Notes under the pieces: generated by a model
Databases searched by the model: none
What the model was told of the DNA's origin: nothing
The model's input: the letters and a program-made list of their open reading frames with translations, nothing else
In this document: piece after piece, positions 33,633 through 43,970 of the stretch
How the letters are laid out: each line of letters opens with the position of its first letter
Numbering within the stretch: position 1 is the stretch's first letter
NCBI GenBank assembly: GCA_025558095.1
Contig: JAIVFI010000003.1
Location: 930,001 to 994,000 of the forward strand
DNA length: 64,000 nucleotides
Reading direction: 5' to 3'
From: Hyaloraphidium curvatum SAG 235-1
Lineage: Eukaryota > Fungi > Monoblepharomycota
Made by a program: the position numbers and the translations under genes

Positions 33633-35283
33633 ATGGACACCGCCGTCGCGGGTCCGCCGCCCGGCGCGGATGACGATGTGGAACCGACGCCGCCGGCCAT
33701 GAGGAAGATTCTCGCGCAGAAGTTCCTGGACTGGGCGAAGCTGGCCGGCGTGCCCGCCGAGGACACCAACGCGGCGGTGCTCCGCGCGCTCGAGCTGAGC
33801 GGCCGCAAGGACGAGACCGCGCTGTCGGTCGACGCGTGGCTGGAGGATTTCCGCGGCGCGCTGCGGGACGGCGCCCTCGCGGAGCTGGGAGCGCGCTCCG
33901 ACGCGTCGGGCCTTCTCGTCCGCGCCATGCTGCACGCGCTGGCCGCCCGGCATCCCGATTCGGAGAAGCTGGCCAGCCTCGTTGGGGACGTGGCGGCGGA
34001 GGACTACCTGCCCGGACAGCAGCCGGCCGTCGGGGAGCACCTGGCGGCCGCGCTGGACGAGCTGCCGCCGGAGCTGGCGCTCTCGCTCCGGGCCGTGCAG
34101 TCGAGGCCCCAGCAGGGCGACGTGCAGCGGCTGTGGGACTATTTCGCCTCCGGCTCCGCTCTGGCCAAGGGGAAGGAGCGTATCCTCAGGAGGCGCGCCG
34201 TCGTCGGTGGGTCGCTGCCTATGAGACACCTTTCGCGCCTTGCTAAGCCTTCTTCCAGAGAACCTGCTGCGGGTCACGCCGTCCGCCCCACCGCAGCTCC
34301 ATAAGCAGCTCTTTCACATCATCGCGGTGGCGGTCGGCCGACCGGGGGATACAGAGGTGGGAGCCGCTGGGCAGCCTGCTGTCAACCTCACCGACGCGAC
34401 CGCTTGCCCCCAGCTTCTCGAATCCCTGTCCGCCCTTGTCGTCGCGGTCCAGGACCTGCGCACGCACCTCAACCTCGGACCTCTGCTTCAGGCGGTGAAG
34501 GACCCGGTGCCGGCGGCTGTGGTCGTCAAGGAGGTCCGGAAGTTCCTGTCGGACCCGGAGCAGGCGGAGAGCATGCTGCGGATGGGCAAGTGGGGCGCTC
34601 TCGGTGTGCTACTGGAGGTGAGTAGTGGGCTGCGCTCCGCAAAATGTTCGCCATGACACGCGTCTTCGTTCCAGATCGCTCTTCGGCATCGGCATCTCCG
34701 CCAGCTCGTCGTGGACGCCTACATTTTGCTGCTCGGACTGGGCTACGACTCGCAGTTCAAACCGCTGGACCTCGTGGGTGAAGGTCGGCCTTTGGCTCGC
34801 GCAGGAGGTTGACATCCCGTCCAGATCAAGATCCGCCAGCGGTTCCTGGCCGAGCTGGTGGGCATCATGTCGCTCGATGCCGACACGGCCCGGTCGGTAA
34901 TGTCGTGGACCATGTCGCCCGACTCGGAGGACGTTCTGGACGGGGAACTGGTGCGTCGGCCCATGGTTCGATTATGCCAAGTCGGGATTGACGCCCTTTT
35001 GCAGCGCTCGCACCTCCTCCGCGTGTTCCTGAGCTCTACACAGCCCTCCCCCCTTCCCGAACCGTGCCTGCGCTTCCTCCTCTCCAACCTGTCGCGCATC
35101 CGCGCGCAGGAGCCTTCCCTACAGGCCTTTTCCCACCGTCTTGGCCGGACGGGCCTGTCGGGCATGCTGCGACCCGTGGTACTCGAGAACGACGGGTGGG
35201 ACGGGCTGGCGTCGGACATGGAGGCGTCGGGCGAGATCGCGCCGGGGACGGGGGCGGCGGTGGGCGATGTAGTGCTCATTTAA
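33633..35283 (+). CDS. Divergent NELF-C/D (TH1)-like protein
   Basis: Introns at 34207-34258, 34618-34674, 34774-34824 and 34951-35004. The spliced C-terminal half aligns by eye to the NELF-C/D C-terminal region as recalled. Confidence 0.6.
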
Positions 35284-35735
35284 ACACCGCCCGCACCGCC
35301 GCCGGGCCTACGCCGCTTTCGCCTCCTTCTTCGCGGCAGCTTCCGCGCTCCCTTTCTCCTGCCGGCTGGGGCTCTCCTTCGCCGGCGCGTCCTGCTGCGT
35401 GGCCCTTCCCCGCCACGGCCTTCCCGGCGGCACTCGTCGCCTCCCTCGGCACCTAGATACCTACGGACGGCTTCTTTTGTTATGGAAAGACCACTCGAGA
35501 CTCACGCAGGCCCCGCATCGAAATCATTAACATTGAATCAAAGAAAGGTAAACGCGATTTACCGCACGATCCAGGCAAAAGCTCCTCATGTTTCTCAGAT
35601 CACGCCTCCACGGCGCCGAGCACTCCAAATGCGTCCACAGCGCAGTCGTCTCCCGTACCGGCCGGATCTAAGTCTGCCGGCTCCTGCTTCGCGCAACCGA
35701 ATTCCACACAACCCCGACACTCCCAGCTGCCTTCG

Positions 35736-36488
35736 CTACTTGTCACTGTCCGCGGGATCGCCTGGCACAGGAGCGTAGAGCTTTTCAAAGCCGACGTCCG
35801 CCGAGTCCACCTCCCGAGCCTCGACGTTGAACTTGTCCGCAAGTGCCCGGAGCTGACACGCACGCGTTCTGTCGCCCCTGGCGATCGGCAGGAAATGTAC
35901 GCCGCGCGGGTTGTGGATCCCTTCGCACAGGTACGAGTAGAGGTCAACCATGCTTTGAGCCTCGCTCCGCGCCAGTTTCTCGAGAGCACCGGCATTGCCG
36001 CTTTCAATAGCCCTGCTCACGGCCGCCTGCTGTCCGCTGCAACGCGCCATGGTATGCAGAAAGGCCGATTCCTCAATGATGCGCTCCGTCTTTTCGACGA
36101 TGCGTTCCTTCTCCTGAACGATGTGCTCCTTCTCCTCAATGATGCGCTCAGTTTTTTCGACGATGCGCTCCTTCTCCTGAACGACGCGCTCCTCCTCCTC
36201 AACGACGCGCTCCAAAGTCCTGAGAAGGGCTTCCTTCTCCGCCTTCGAGGCACGCAGCGCCGCCAGTTCGGTCCTGTCTGCGTCCCAAAGCCGCAGCAAC
36301 TCCTTGGCAGAATCCATGCGGTCCCCCTCGCCCCTGACGAGCCTGAACAGAAAGTCAGGGAAGTCGGGCACTTCCGCGGCGCGCGCTGCCGGAAGACCCG
36401 AGGAGCGCCGGCGGGCGAGGAGAGCCGGTGCGCCGCAGCGGGCGAGCGGGAAGACGCGCAGGCGCGGGAACGAGGCGGCGCGGAGCAT
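35736..36488 (-). CDS. Coiled-coil hypothetical protein
   Basis: 250-aa ORF with heptad repeats of the type ERIVEKT/ERIIEEK/EHIVQEK. Confidence 0.65.
   Translation of the reverse strand: MLRAASFPRLRVFPLARCGAPALLARRRSSGLPAARAAEVPDFPDFLFRLVRGEGDRMDSAKELLRLWDADRTELAALRASKAEKEALLRTLERVVEEEERVVQEKERIVEKTERIIEEKEHIVQEKERIVEKTERIIEESAFLHTMARCSGQQAAVSRAIESGNAGALEKLARSEAQSMVDLYSYLCEGIHNPRGVHFLPIARGDRTRACQLRALADKFNVEAREVDSADVGFEKLYAPVPGDPADSDK
36072..36212. repeat. Coding tandem repeat, 63-bp period built from 21-bp subunits
   Basis: aatgatgcgctc/aacgacgcgctc units recur at 36075, 36138 and 36201. Confidence 0.85.
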
Positions 36489-36667
36489 GACCGACCGTGT
36501 TTCGGCAAACTTCAGATGTGCTGGCTTGGCGGAGAGGGTTGAAGGGATTCACTCGCGCGTGAGGTTCATCATCAAGTGCAGCAGAGGGAGGCTCGGGGAG
36601 GTCATGGAGGCGTTCCCCATCTCTTCCCATCTAGTGCTCTTTTGAACAACGCCCGCCGCCGAGCGTT

Positions 36668-37944
36668 CTACCCCGCTTTGCCCTTCTTCTTCGCGGCCGC
36701 TTCCGCGCGCCGTTTCTCCTGCCGACTGGGACTCTCCTTTGCCGGCGCATTCTGCCGCGACTGCGACTTCGTGTCCGCACCGGCCCTCCCCGCAGCGCTT
36801 GCCCGCTCGATCATCAGCCATGCCGGCAGCACCACCGCCGGCCCGACGAGCATCATGTTTATGGTCCAGAATGCGCGAGTCCGGGACGGGTCGCCATCCT
36901 TGTTCATGTAGGCCAGCGTGACGGCGGCCGCGGCGACGGCGTCGCACGCGATCGAGGCCTGCGCGGGGTTGGCGCGGAACCCCGCGACGAGGCTGTCCAC
37001 CAGTCTTCCCGGGGAGAAGCCCACGGCGGAGAGCAGGGTGAAGGTGGTGTAGGCGTGGTAGGCCAGACACCAGAGGGTCAGGATCAGGTAGACGGCGAAG
37101 CTGTCGATGTTGGCCGCCTTGCCACGGAGCGCCTCGAGGTGCCCGCGGAAAAAGAGCGCGAGGATGGGAATGCAGAGGATGACATGGAGGCCGATCAGGT
37201 TGTAGGTGTACGCAGGTGAGTCGGGGGCGATGGAAGGGGTCGAGAAGATGGTGACGAGGCCGAGGATCGGGGGGAGGTAGGCGACGATGGGGATCGGGGT
37301 CGTAGATTTCAGCGCTTGGACGTCTCCGTTAGCCAGAGAAGCGAGAACAAGCGGCACATTGGGCCTCACAAGACGTTTCCTCGTGGATCCTGCCGAAAAA
37401 GAAGGCACCGCAGGTGCTCATGGCGCCGAAGAAGCCCGCGATGAGGTGCCACACGCGGTCCATGCCGCTGGGCTGGTCTTCAGAGGCGACATCCCCTTCA
37501 TCCTTGAGCAAACGGGCCGCTCCTTGTTCCCACATCCGGAAGACCACGGTGCACGTCCATGCCAGGAGCTGCCAGGACCACCACCACCCACGCTCGTTCT
37601 CCGTCACGCGCTGCAATCACATGAAAGAAGTCTCAATCCATGTTCGCGCGAACTTTGAGGCCGCAACGAACCCGATACGCGTTGACGAAGAGGTCAGAGT
37701 TGTTCAGGTACCCCTCCAGCGACCCCTGCCCCGAGGCGACATAGTCCATGCAAATGAACTTGTAGATGTTGATCCAGGCGAGCACCAGGCTGCCCAGCGC
37801 GAGCGACGGCCAAAACTTGGCGCGCCAGCCCGCGTTCCAGCTGTAGCCAGACAGGCACCGCGAAATCGCGTACAGCACGACGACGTGGTATATGATCCAC
37901 CACGGTGCTGCGCGCAGGAGGACCGGCCAAGGCGGCAGGTCCAT
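36668..37944 (-). CDS. Multi-pass membrane protein, probably ER-resident
   Basis: Three exons (introns 37611-37671 and 37315-37369), many TM helices and a C-terminal KGKAG matching the KxKxx retrieval signal. Confidence 0.75.
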
Positions 37945-38083
37945 TTTCAAGCGCCGACTGCCCCACGCCAGGTGCGTTGCGCACCGTACGCGGATCGATT
38001 TGTTTGTCGCCGATCGCGCGTTGCGCAGAAGTCGATCAAGCACGCGTGCAGCCGCGACAACCCCCCTGAAACTCCGAACCACG

Positions 38084-39370
38084 ATGCGGTCTCCGTCAGG
38101 CCGGCCGAGAAAAAACCTTCTAGCTCAGCTCATCTTTTTGGGTCTGTTCTTCCTGGCGCTGGCGCATCACGTCGGCGCCGCGGTCGTCGGAACGTTGGCA
38201 CGTGAGCGGACTGGCTATGACTCGCCCGTCGTCGGCGCCCGACAATCGCCTCTCGGCGACCAGCGGCCACTACTTGGACAAGTTGCCGGGGATCTTTACG
38301 CGCCCAACGTGTCTCTCTGCCCGCCCCTGGCTCCGCGGACCTCGCCGCCCACCTCCATCCACGATCTCCGTATCGACGACTTCCGGGTCATCGCCGGGCT
38401 CGGGGACTCGATTACCGCCGCATTCGGTGCCGCCGGCAAGGCGGACAGCCCATTTGACATCGCGAACACGTACGAGAACAGGGGGCGCTCCTTCTCGGTC
38501 GGCGGAGATCCCGGCGCCATAACTCTACCGAACCTCATCCACCATTTCCGCGGCACCCGCGGCCTCATCGGTCCCAGCCGCGGGGATCACCTCGCCGAAT
38601 TCTGCTGGGGAATCCTGTGTCCCGGGTGGACGGTTCGTCCAGGCAAGGACCATTTCAATGCCGCCCTGTCGGGAGCCGTGACCGGGAACATCAATACTGA
38701 GCTCGATTACCTGATTCCAGCCATCCGCATGGATCACGATGTGGATGTGGACCGGGACTGGAAGCTCATTACGTTGTTCGTCATGTCGAACGATCTCTGC
38801 TTGGGCTGCACTTTGTTGCGCGGCTTCCTTTCTCCCGATTCTTTCGAGGGCTACATTCGCGCCGCTCTGGAACGTATTCGCCTGGAGCTGCCCCGCACCG
38901 TGGTTGTCCTCATGTCGGGGCTCAACGTGTCTAAGATCTTCGAGATGACCAAGGATCAGCCTGTGTGCAAAGAAGCCCTCAGTGGCGGACGCTTCGAATG
39001 TGCCTGTGCCTTTGATCCCGACCCCATTTCGGGCCCGAAGCGCCGAGCCGAAATGGACCTTCTCGCTTCGGCCTACAATCAGCGCCTCCGCAGCATCGTG
39101 CTCGATTACCAGGGGAACGTGCCGCCGACCGAGGACTTTGCCGTGATCCTCGAACCCGGGTTCGAGCAGACGGACCTACGGTCTTGGCCTATACAGCTGG
39201 TCAGCACGCTGGACTGCTTCCATCCCTCTCTGCTCGCCCACGCCATGATGGCGGAGATGCTGTTTAACAATTTGCAGCGGCCTCTTTCGGAAAAGAGGAC
39301 ACGGGCCGATCCCGAGGGCGCAGGCGGCGTTCTCTGTCCAACGGCCGATGGCCGCGTGTGGACCAAGTAG
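38084..39370 (+). CDS. Secreted GDSL/SGNH phospholipase B1-like lipase
   Basis: Signal sequence; GLGDSITAAFGA, ENRGRSFSVGGD, WKLITLFVMSNDLC and DCFHPS. Confidence 0.9.
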   Translation: MRSPSGRPRKNLLAQLIFLGLFFLALAHHVGAAVVGTLARERTGYDSPVVGARQSPLGDQRPLLGQVAGDLYAPNVSLCPPLAPRTSPPTSIHDLRIDDFRVIAGLGDSITAAFGAAGKADSPFDIANTYENRGRSFSVGGDPGAITLPNLIHHFRGTRGLIGPSRGDHLAEFCWGILCPGWTVRPGKDHFNAALSGAVTGNINTELDYLIPAIRMDHDVDVDRDWKLITLFVMSNDLCLGCTLLRGFLSPDSFEGYIRAALERIRLELPRTVVVLMSGLNVSKIFEMTKDQPVCKEALSGGRFECACAFDPDPISGPKRRAEMDLLASAYNQRLRSIVLDYQGNVPPTEDFAVILEPGFEQTDLRSWPIQLVSTLDCFHPSLLAHAMMAEMLFNNLQRPLSEKRTRADPEGAGGVLCPTADGRVWTK

Positions 39371-39411
39371 GCATAGCTTCATCAGCAGTCACATCAATTG
39401 GCAACAGAACA

Positions 39412-41554
39412 TCAGGATTTCAATCTCTTCTTCTTCGCCGGGGTGCCAGCCCCGTTGGTTGATCCGTCAGCGATCCCGTCCTCGGAATCCCCGTCGTCCG
39501 CCTTCCGCCTCCGCTTCTTCCCCTTGGCGCCATCCTCGTCGCCATTCACGGTCGCTTCCGTCGACGCTTCCGGGCCGCCGACGTCATTCGCATCCCCAGT
39601 CCCGTTTCCGGCCACCTCCCGGCGCTCAAAGTAGTACGGCGGGCTAGGTTCCGTGTATCCCGGACCCTTGAATTGCGGGCTCTTGCCTCCTGCACCGAAC
39701 TGTGGGCTTCTCGCCCCCGGAGGCGCGGAGCCGAAGCGGGGAGGGCTCCTCCCTGGCGGGGGCGCCGTCGGTTCGCCTCCGTCCGGGTTGAAGGGCACCT
39801 CGTCCGCCCAGTTGGACGGCTCCGCGTCGAATCGATCCCGCGGCTGGTCTGGCGGAGGAAACGGCTGCTCGTCCGCCCATTCCCGCGATTGCGGAGGGGG
39901 AAACGGTTGCTGATCCGCCCAGCTCGGCGCGCGCGGGGGCGGGCCCCGCGGCGGGCCGGAAAACTGTCCCGGTGGCGGTCCACCGTACTGTCCGGAAGGC
40001 GGCGCACCGTACGATACCGGCGGCGGGCCACCAAATGGCGGCGGTTCGGGGGCCTCGAACTGCCGGCCGTAAACCCGCGCTGGAGGCGGGCCACCGAAGC
40101 CTGGAGGGGGGCCACCGAAGCCCGGAGGCGGTCCACCAAAGTCCGGCGGCGGACCGCCGAACCGCTGAGGAGGTCCACCAAAGTGCTGCGGAGGGCCTCC
40201 GAACGGCTGAGGCGGCCCAAAGTTCGGAGGCGGGCCCCTCGGTTGTTGTCTGCCCTGGGCCTCGCGCGCTTTCCACGCCGATCGGATGCGGTCCTGCCGA
40301 GAAAGAAGCTACATAGCGGCGGTCAACAAACGGGAGAGACGCCGACCCGCACGGCACACCTCCTCCTCGCCGACATTGTCCCTGATGCTCTGCATGATGG
40401 AGTTGAGCACGTCCACAAAGTTGGCCGTGTCCTTGTCGTCCCTGAACCGCATGAACCTCCAGTTGCCCGGCCACTCGGGATCGTACCGGCACTCGACGAT
40501 CCTGCCGGCCGGCGGCGACAGCGTCCATTCCTCGAGCAGCTCCGGTTCGGGGCGCATCTCCGTGATGTCGCTGTGCACGTTGCCCTTCTGCATGATCTGC
40601 AGGAAGAAGCGCGGGGGGGAGCCGGGTTCGTAGCGGATCTTGAAGTCAGCCGTGTTCTCCTCGGACGGTTTCCACTTGATCCTAAGAAAGAGACGTCAGA
40701 AAACTGCTCCCGTTCGCTCCCCAACGGCACCAACATTTGGTCGCACTGTCCGCTCACGTAGGGCGCGTCCCTCGCCGTGAACAGCAGCCCGTCGCTCCCG
40801 TGCTTGAGCGTCGGCTGCTGCTGCATCACCGCCCACAGGTGGTACGCGAGCTGCAGCTCCTTGAGCTCGACCGAGAACGGGACCACGGCGGCGTATTCGG
40901 GGTGCGTAGCGAGGTAGGCGTCGTGCGGCTTCAGGATGAACTCGCGCAGCCGACCGAGCCGCTTGTCGAAGGTCTTGCGCATCAGCGACTCGCCGTCGAG
41001 GACGACGCAGTCGAAGAGGAGGAACCGCAGGATCCGCTTGGGTCCGTCGATGTCCAGCACCAGCTCGCCGTCGAGGATGGTGTTGGCGTGGAAAACCTCG
41101 GAGAACGGGTCGCCTGGAACGGGGAAGCGGAGGTTGGGGACGAAGAAGTACTTGTTCTTGCGGTCAATCTGGGCCGGAGTCAGCAAGACAGACGTCAACG
41201 TTCGTAACCTCCACACACCAGAAAGGTCTCGAAGCCGCCGTCGTCTCCGACGTGCATGTAGAGGAGACACCGCACCCCGTCCGCCTTTTCCGAAACGAAG
41301 TAGTTGTCCCGCTCCAGCACGTCCAGGTGGTGCTTCGCGAACGACACGGGCTGGGCGCCCGGAAACCGGTTCGGCGTGGCGTCCATGAGCACCGCGACGC
41401 GGTTCCGGAGGTCCCGCGCGTACTCCTCGCCCACGAGATCGCCGACGAGGTCCAGCTTCGGGATTTCGGTCGGCTGGTGGACCCGGTGCGGCTTGGGGCC
41501 GGAGGCGACGGGCACCTGCGCCGGCCCGCCGCCGTTGAAGCCGGGTGCGGCCAT
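39412..41554 (-). CDS. CEG1: mRNA capping enzyme guanylyltransferase with long repetitive C-terminal tail
   Basis: Motifs FPGAQPVSF, SEKADG (KxDG), LDGELV, FLLFDC, DGLLF, IKWKP and WRFMRFRDDK..AN. Introns at 41169-41218, 40682-40734 and 40309-40359. Confidence 0.93.
40078..40221 (-). repeat. 21-bp coding tandem repeat encoding FGGPP[PQ]x heptads
   Basis: Reads FGPPQP-FGGPPQH-FGGPPQR-FGGPPPD-FGGPPPG-FGGPPPG-FGGPPPA in the last exon of the capping enzyme. Confidence 0.9.
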
Positions 41555-41809
41555 CAGGATCCGCGCAGGAACGTCCTCTGAGGCGCGATTGTTGGGATCC
41601 GTGGGTCAAGGAGGGGTTTGCCGCCAGAGAACTAGCGAGCGGCCATCCGAGAGACCGACGCGTTCCTCCGCCCAAATCAATGACAGAGCCGATACGCGCC
41701 GCCGAAGCAGTGCAGCAAGAGTCAAAAGCAGTCGAGTGAGGTACAACGGTAGCCCCCAACGCCGGAGAGGGCGCCGCCAACTGCCCACGCGGAAACTTAT
41801 GTTAGTTTC

Positions 41810-41830
41810 GGGGGGGGGTAGGGGGGGGGG
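41810..41830 (+). repeat. G9-TA-G10 tract (G-quadruplex-capable)
   Basis: Seen directly; intergenic, about 250 bp upstream of the capping enzyme ATG. Confidence 0.75.
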
Positions 41831-41906
41831 CACCCACACCATAGAGGTGTCAGTCGAAGAAAGAAGAATGGACTTGGGAACAGCTCTCGTAATGAGCAAC
41901 AACACG

Positions 41907-43651
41907 TCAGACTACGATGACGTTCGTCTCGAACTTCCTGCCGAAGGCGAGCGCCACTTCAAGATCGGGGCTGGCCGCAGGCACTGGGTAGTGTCACACA
42001 CTTCTCCGCTGTTTGATCGAATTCCACCCACCGACGACAGCTTCCACGTCCCTCTTCAGCTCGATGTCCCCGTGGATCTGCACCTCCTTGTAAATCCCCG
42101 TCCCCGCCGACGACGCCCCCGATCGCCTCTTCCCCGCGGCAACCTCGACCAGCAGCTTCAGCTCGGCGTCCGAATACGCACGCAGCAGGTGCGCCTGGTG
42201 TTCGCAAGTGCCCAACGGTCCCATCGACGGGGCGTAGCCTCACTATAGCTTTTCGGAGTTATCGCTATAGCTTTCGGCCCTGGTTATCCCTATAGCTTTG
42301 CGGTTCCTGGCATAGCATATAGACCGGAAGACGGAAGGCGTCCCCAAACCGGCCCAAACCTGGTTCCGAGCCCGCCTGTCTCTGGCTGATTGAAGAGAGG
42401 ATGAGCTGACCAGCGACCGGGTTGGCTGCCGAGATTCGTGCAAAGCGGCGTGTGGGCGGCGTGCGGGAATGATCCATGATTCATCGCACCGATAAGGCGC
42501 CAAGCTCCGAGATCGCAGCCTCGGCGAGCTTCTGCTACTGCTCTCCGTCTCTCTCTCAAGGAATGTATTCGCCCTGATGCGTCGCGTTGCACCGATCGCG
42601 TGCGGGGCGCGAATGCCGCCCGAAGTCCTTCGCACAGTTGGACGCGATGGCAAGGCCGCGCCTGACTACGGCACGGCCTTCCCGCAGACCGCGTGTCGCA
42701 AGTGACCATAACCATCGGATGCTGATGGTCGGGCTTGCGGGCAACGTGCTAGCCAGGGACGCGTTGCTCGATAGGATAAGGAGGTTGGCGGCGGTGATCG
42801 GGCCGCGGGCGGAGGGGGATCTCGGGAAGAGAGGCACGAGGCCCCGGTGCAGGAAATCGTGGGGTTCGCCGTGGCAAGGAGAAGGCGCTGGAGGCGTTTC
42901 TAGCGGGCACGGCGCAGGCGGCCGGAGAGAAGCGAAGAGATCGCGGGGCCGTTCCCACCTCTCGTGCTCAGGGAAGCGTAAAGAAAAAGTTCGCTTGAAC
43001 GATGCGTATCTATGGATGCGAGGATGAGGCAAGCTCTCTGGCAACTTCACGATGATCCTTCACCTTCAGCATCTCCCGATCGAAGCCCATCTTCTTGATC
43101 CTTCTGCGAAGTCCCGGCATGGCCGCCTCCGATGCTTCCTTCGCCGCCTTGGAAGCCCGATCCAGCGCTCTCCTGGCCCGCTCGAAAAGCCCCGCGAGGG
43201 TGGAGCCGTGCGGCATCGCCCACGCCGCGTCGCGGAACCGATCGACGACCTCGGGGCAATCGCTGACGTGTCGCGGGAGATCGGCGAGGGCAAAGCTCCG
43301 GCGGCACCACGGACACCATTCGACGGCGTCGCAAATCTTCGTGCATCGCTGCTCGTGGGCGAGGAGCTCGGCGACGGCGATGGGAAGCCCGCAGAGCTCG
43401 CAGGGGGCCCTTTCGTCGGGGCAGCAGCTTTGTGAGTCGCACGGAGAGGCAATGTAGAGGTCGATAATGGCTAAAATGTCCCCATAGAAGGTTTCCCAGT
43501 GCGTGTCGCGCGGTTTTCCGTGCGAGTTGAGCTCTCTTGGGGGGGTGCCTCCAACGCGTCGCCGCTTCAAGGGGCGGTTGTCGCCCGCTGGACAGCCGAT
43601 AGAGCGAGCAACATCGTCCTCGCTGTCGGAAGTCAGGTCGATGACCGGCAT
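41907..43651 (-). pseudogene. SIM plus two UBZ-type zinc fingers plus DUF3626-like domain, centre replaced by unrelated DNA
   Basis: N-terminal VIDLTSDSEDD; CELC..H..RC and CPWC..H..DC fingers (ORF 43010..43651). C-terminal LGTCEHQAHLL..SDAEL..YKEVQIHGDIELKRDVEAVV (ORF 41994..42224) and a last exon ending at 41907. The expected middle of the domain is absent. Confidence 0.6.
42241..43010. mobile_element. Truncated DNA transposon fragment with CACTA-like terminus
   Basis: Begins CACTATAG exactly where the DUF3626-like coding sequence breaks. Subterminal CTATAGCTTT repeats lie at 42243, 42265 and 42290. No matching right terminus was found, so the right boundary is approximate. Confidence 0.5.
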
Positions 43652-43970
43652 CCGACATTACAGTATTCCGCGGGATGGGGAGCGAGCCTAGCACTTTTTC
43701 GTGGTCAATCACCTCGAGGAGTTCCCGGGCTCCCCGCACGCAGCGCAGGCCCGACGGCCCCGCAGATCCAGCGGGACGCTCGGTACTGCGCGCGACGCCG
43801 GCCAGGCGGGGTCCGCGGGACCACCAGCGGGTCGGCAGCGGCGGACGCGGGCGACCTCGTCGGGGAGGCCCGCGCTCGAGGAGAGGCGGGGACGGACCGG
43901 GGACCGCAGGGTCGCGGAGTGCAGAGTGTGGTTGTGGAGGATCTGAGCCGCGCGGGGCGCTCTGATCGCC

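Noticed and set aside
40078-40221. 21-bp repeats as a possible CRISPR array
   Set aside because: No unique spacers; it is an in-frame coding repeat in a eukaryotic gene.
42241-42300. CTATAGCTTT repeats as a CRISPR array or telomeric repeat
   Set aside because: Only three 10-bp copies with 12-15 bp gaps; a transposon subterminal structure fits better.
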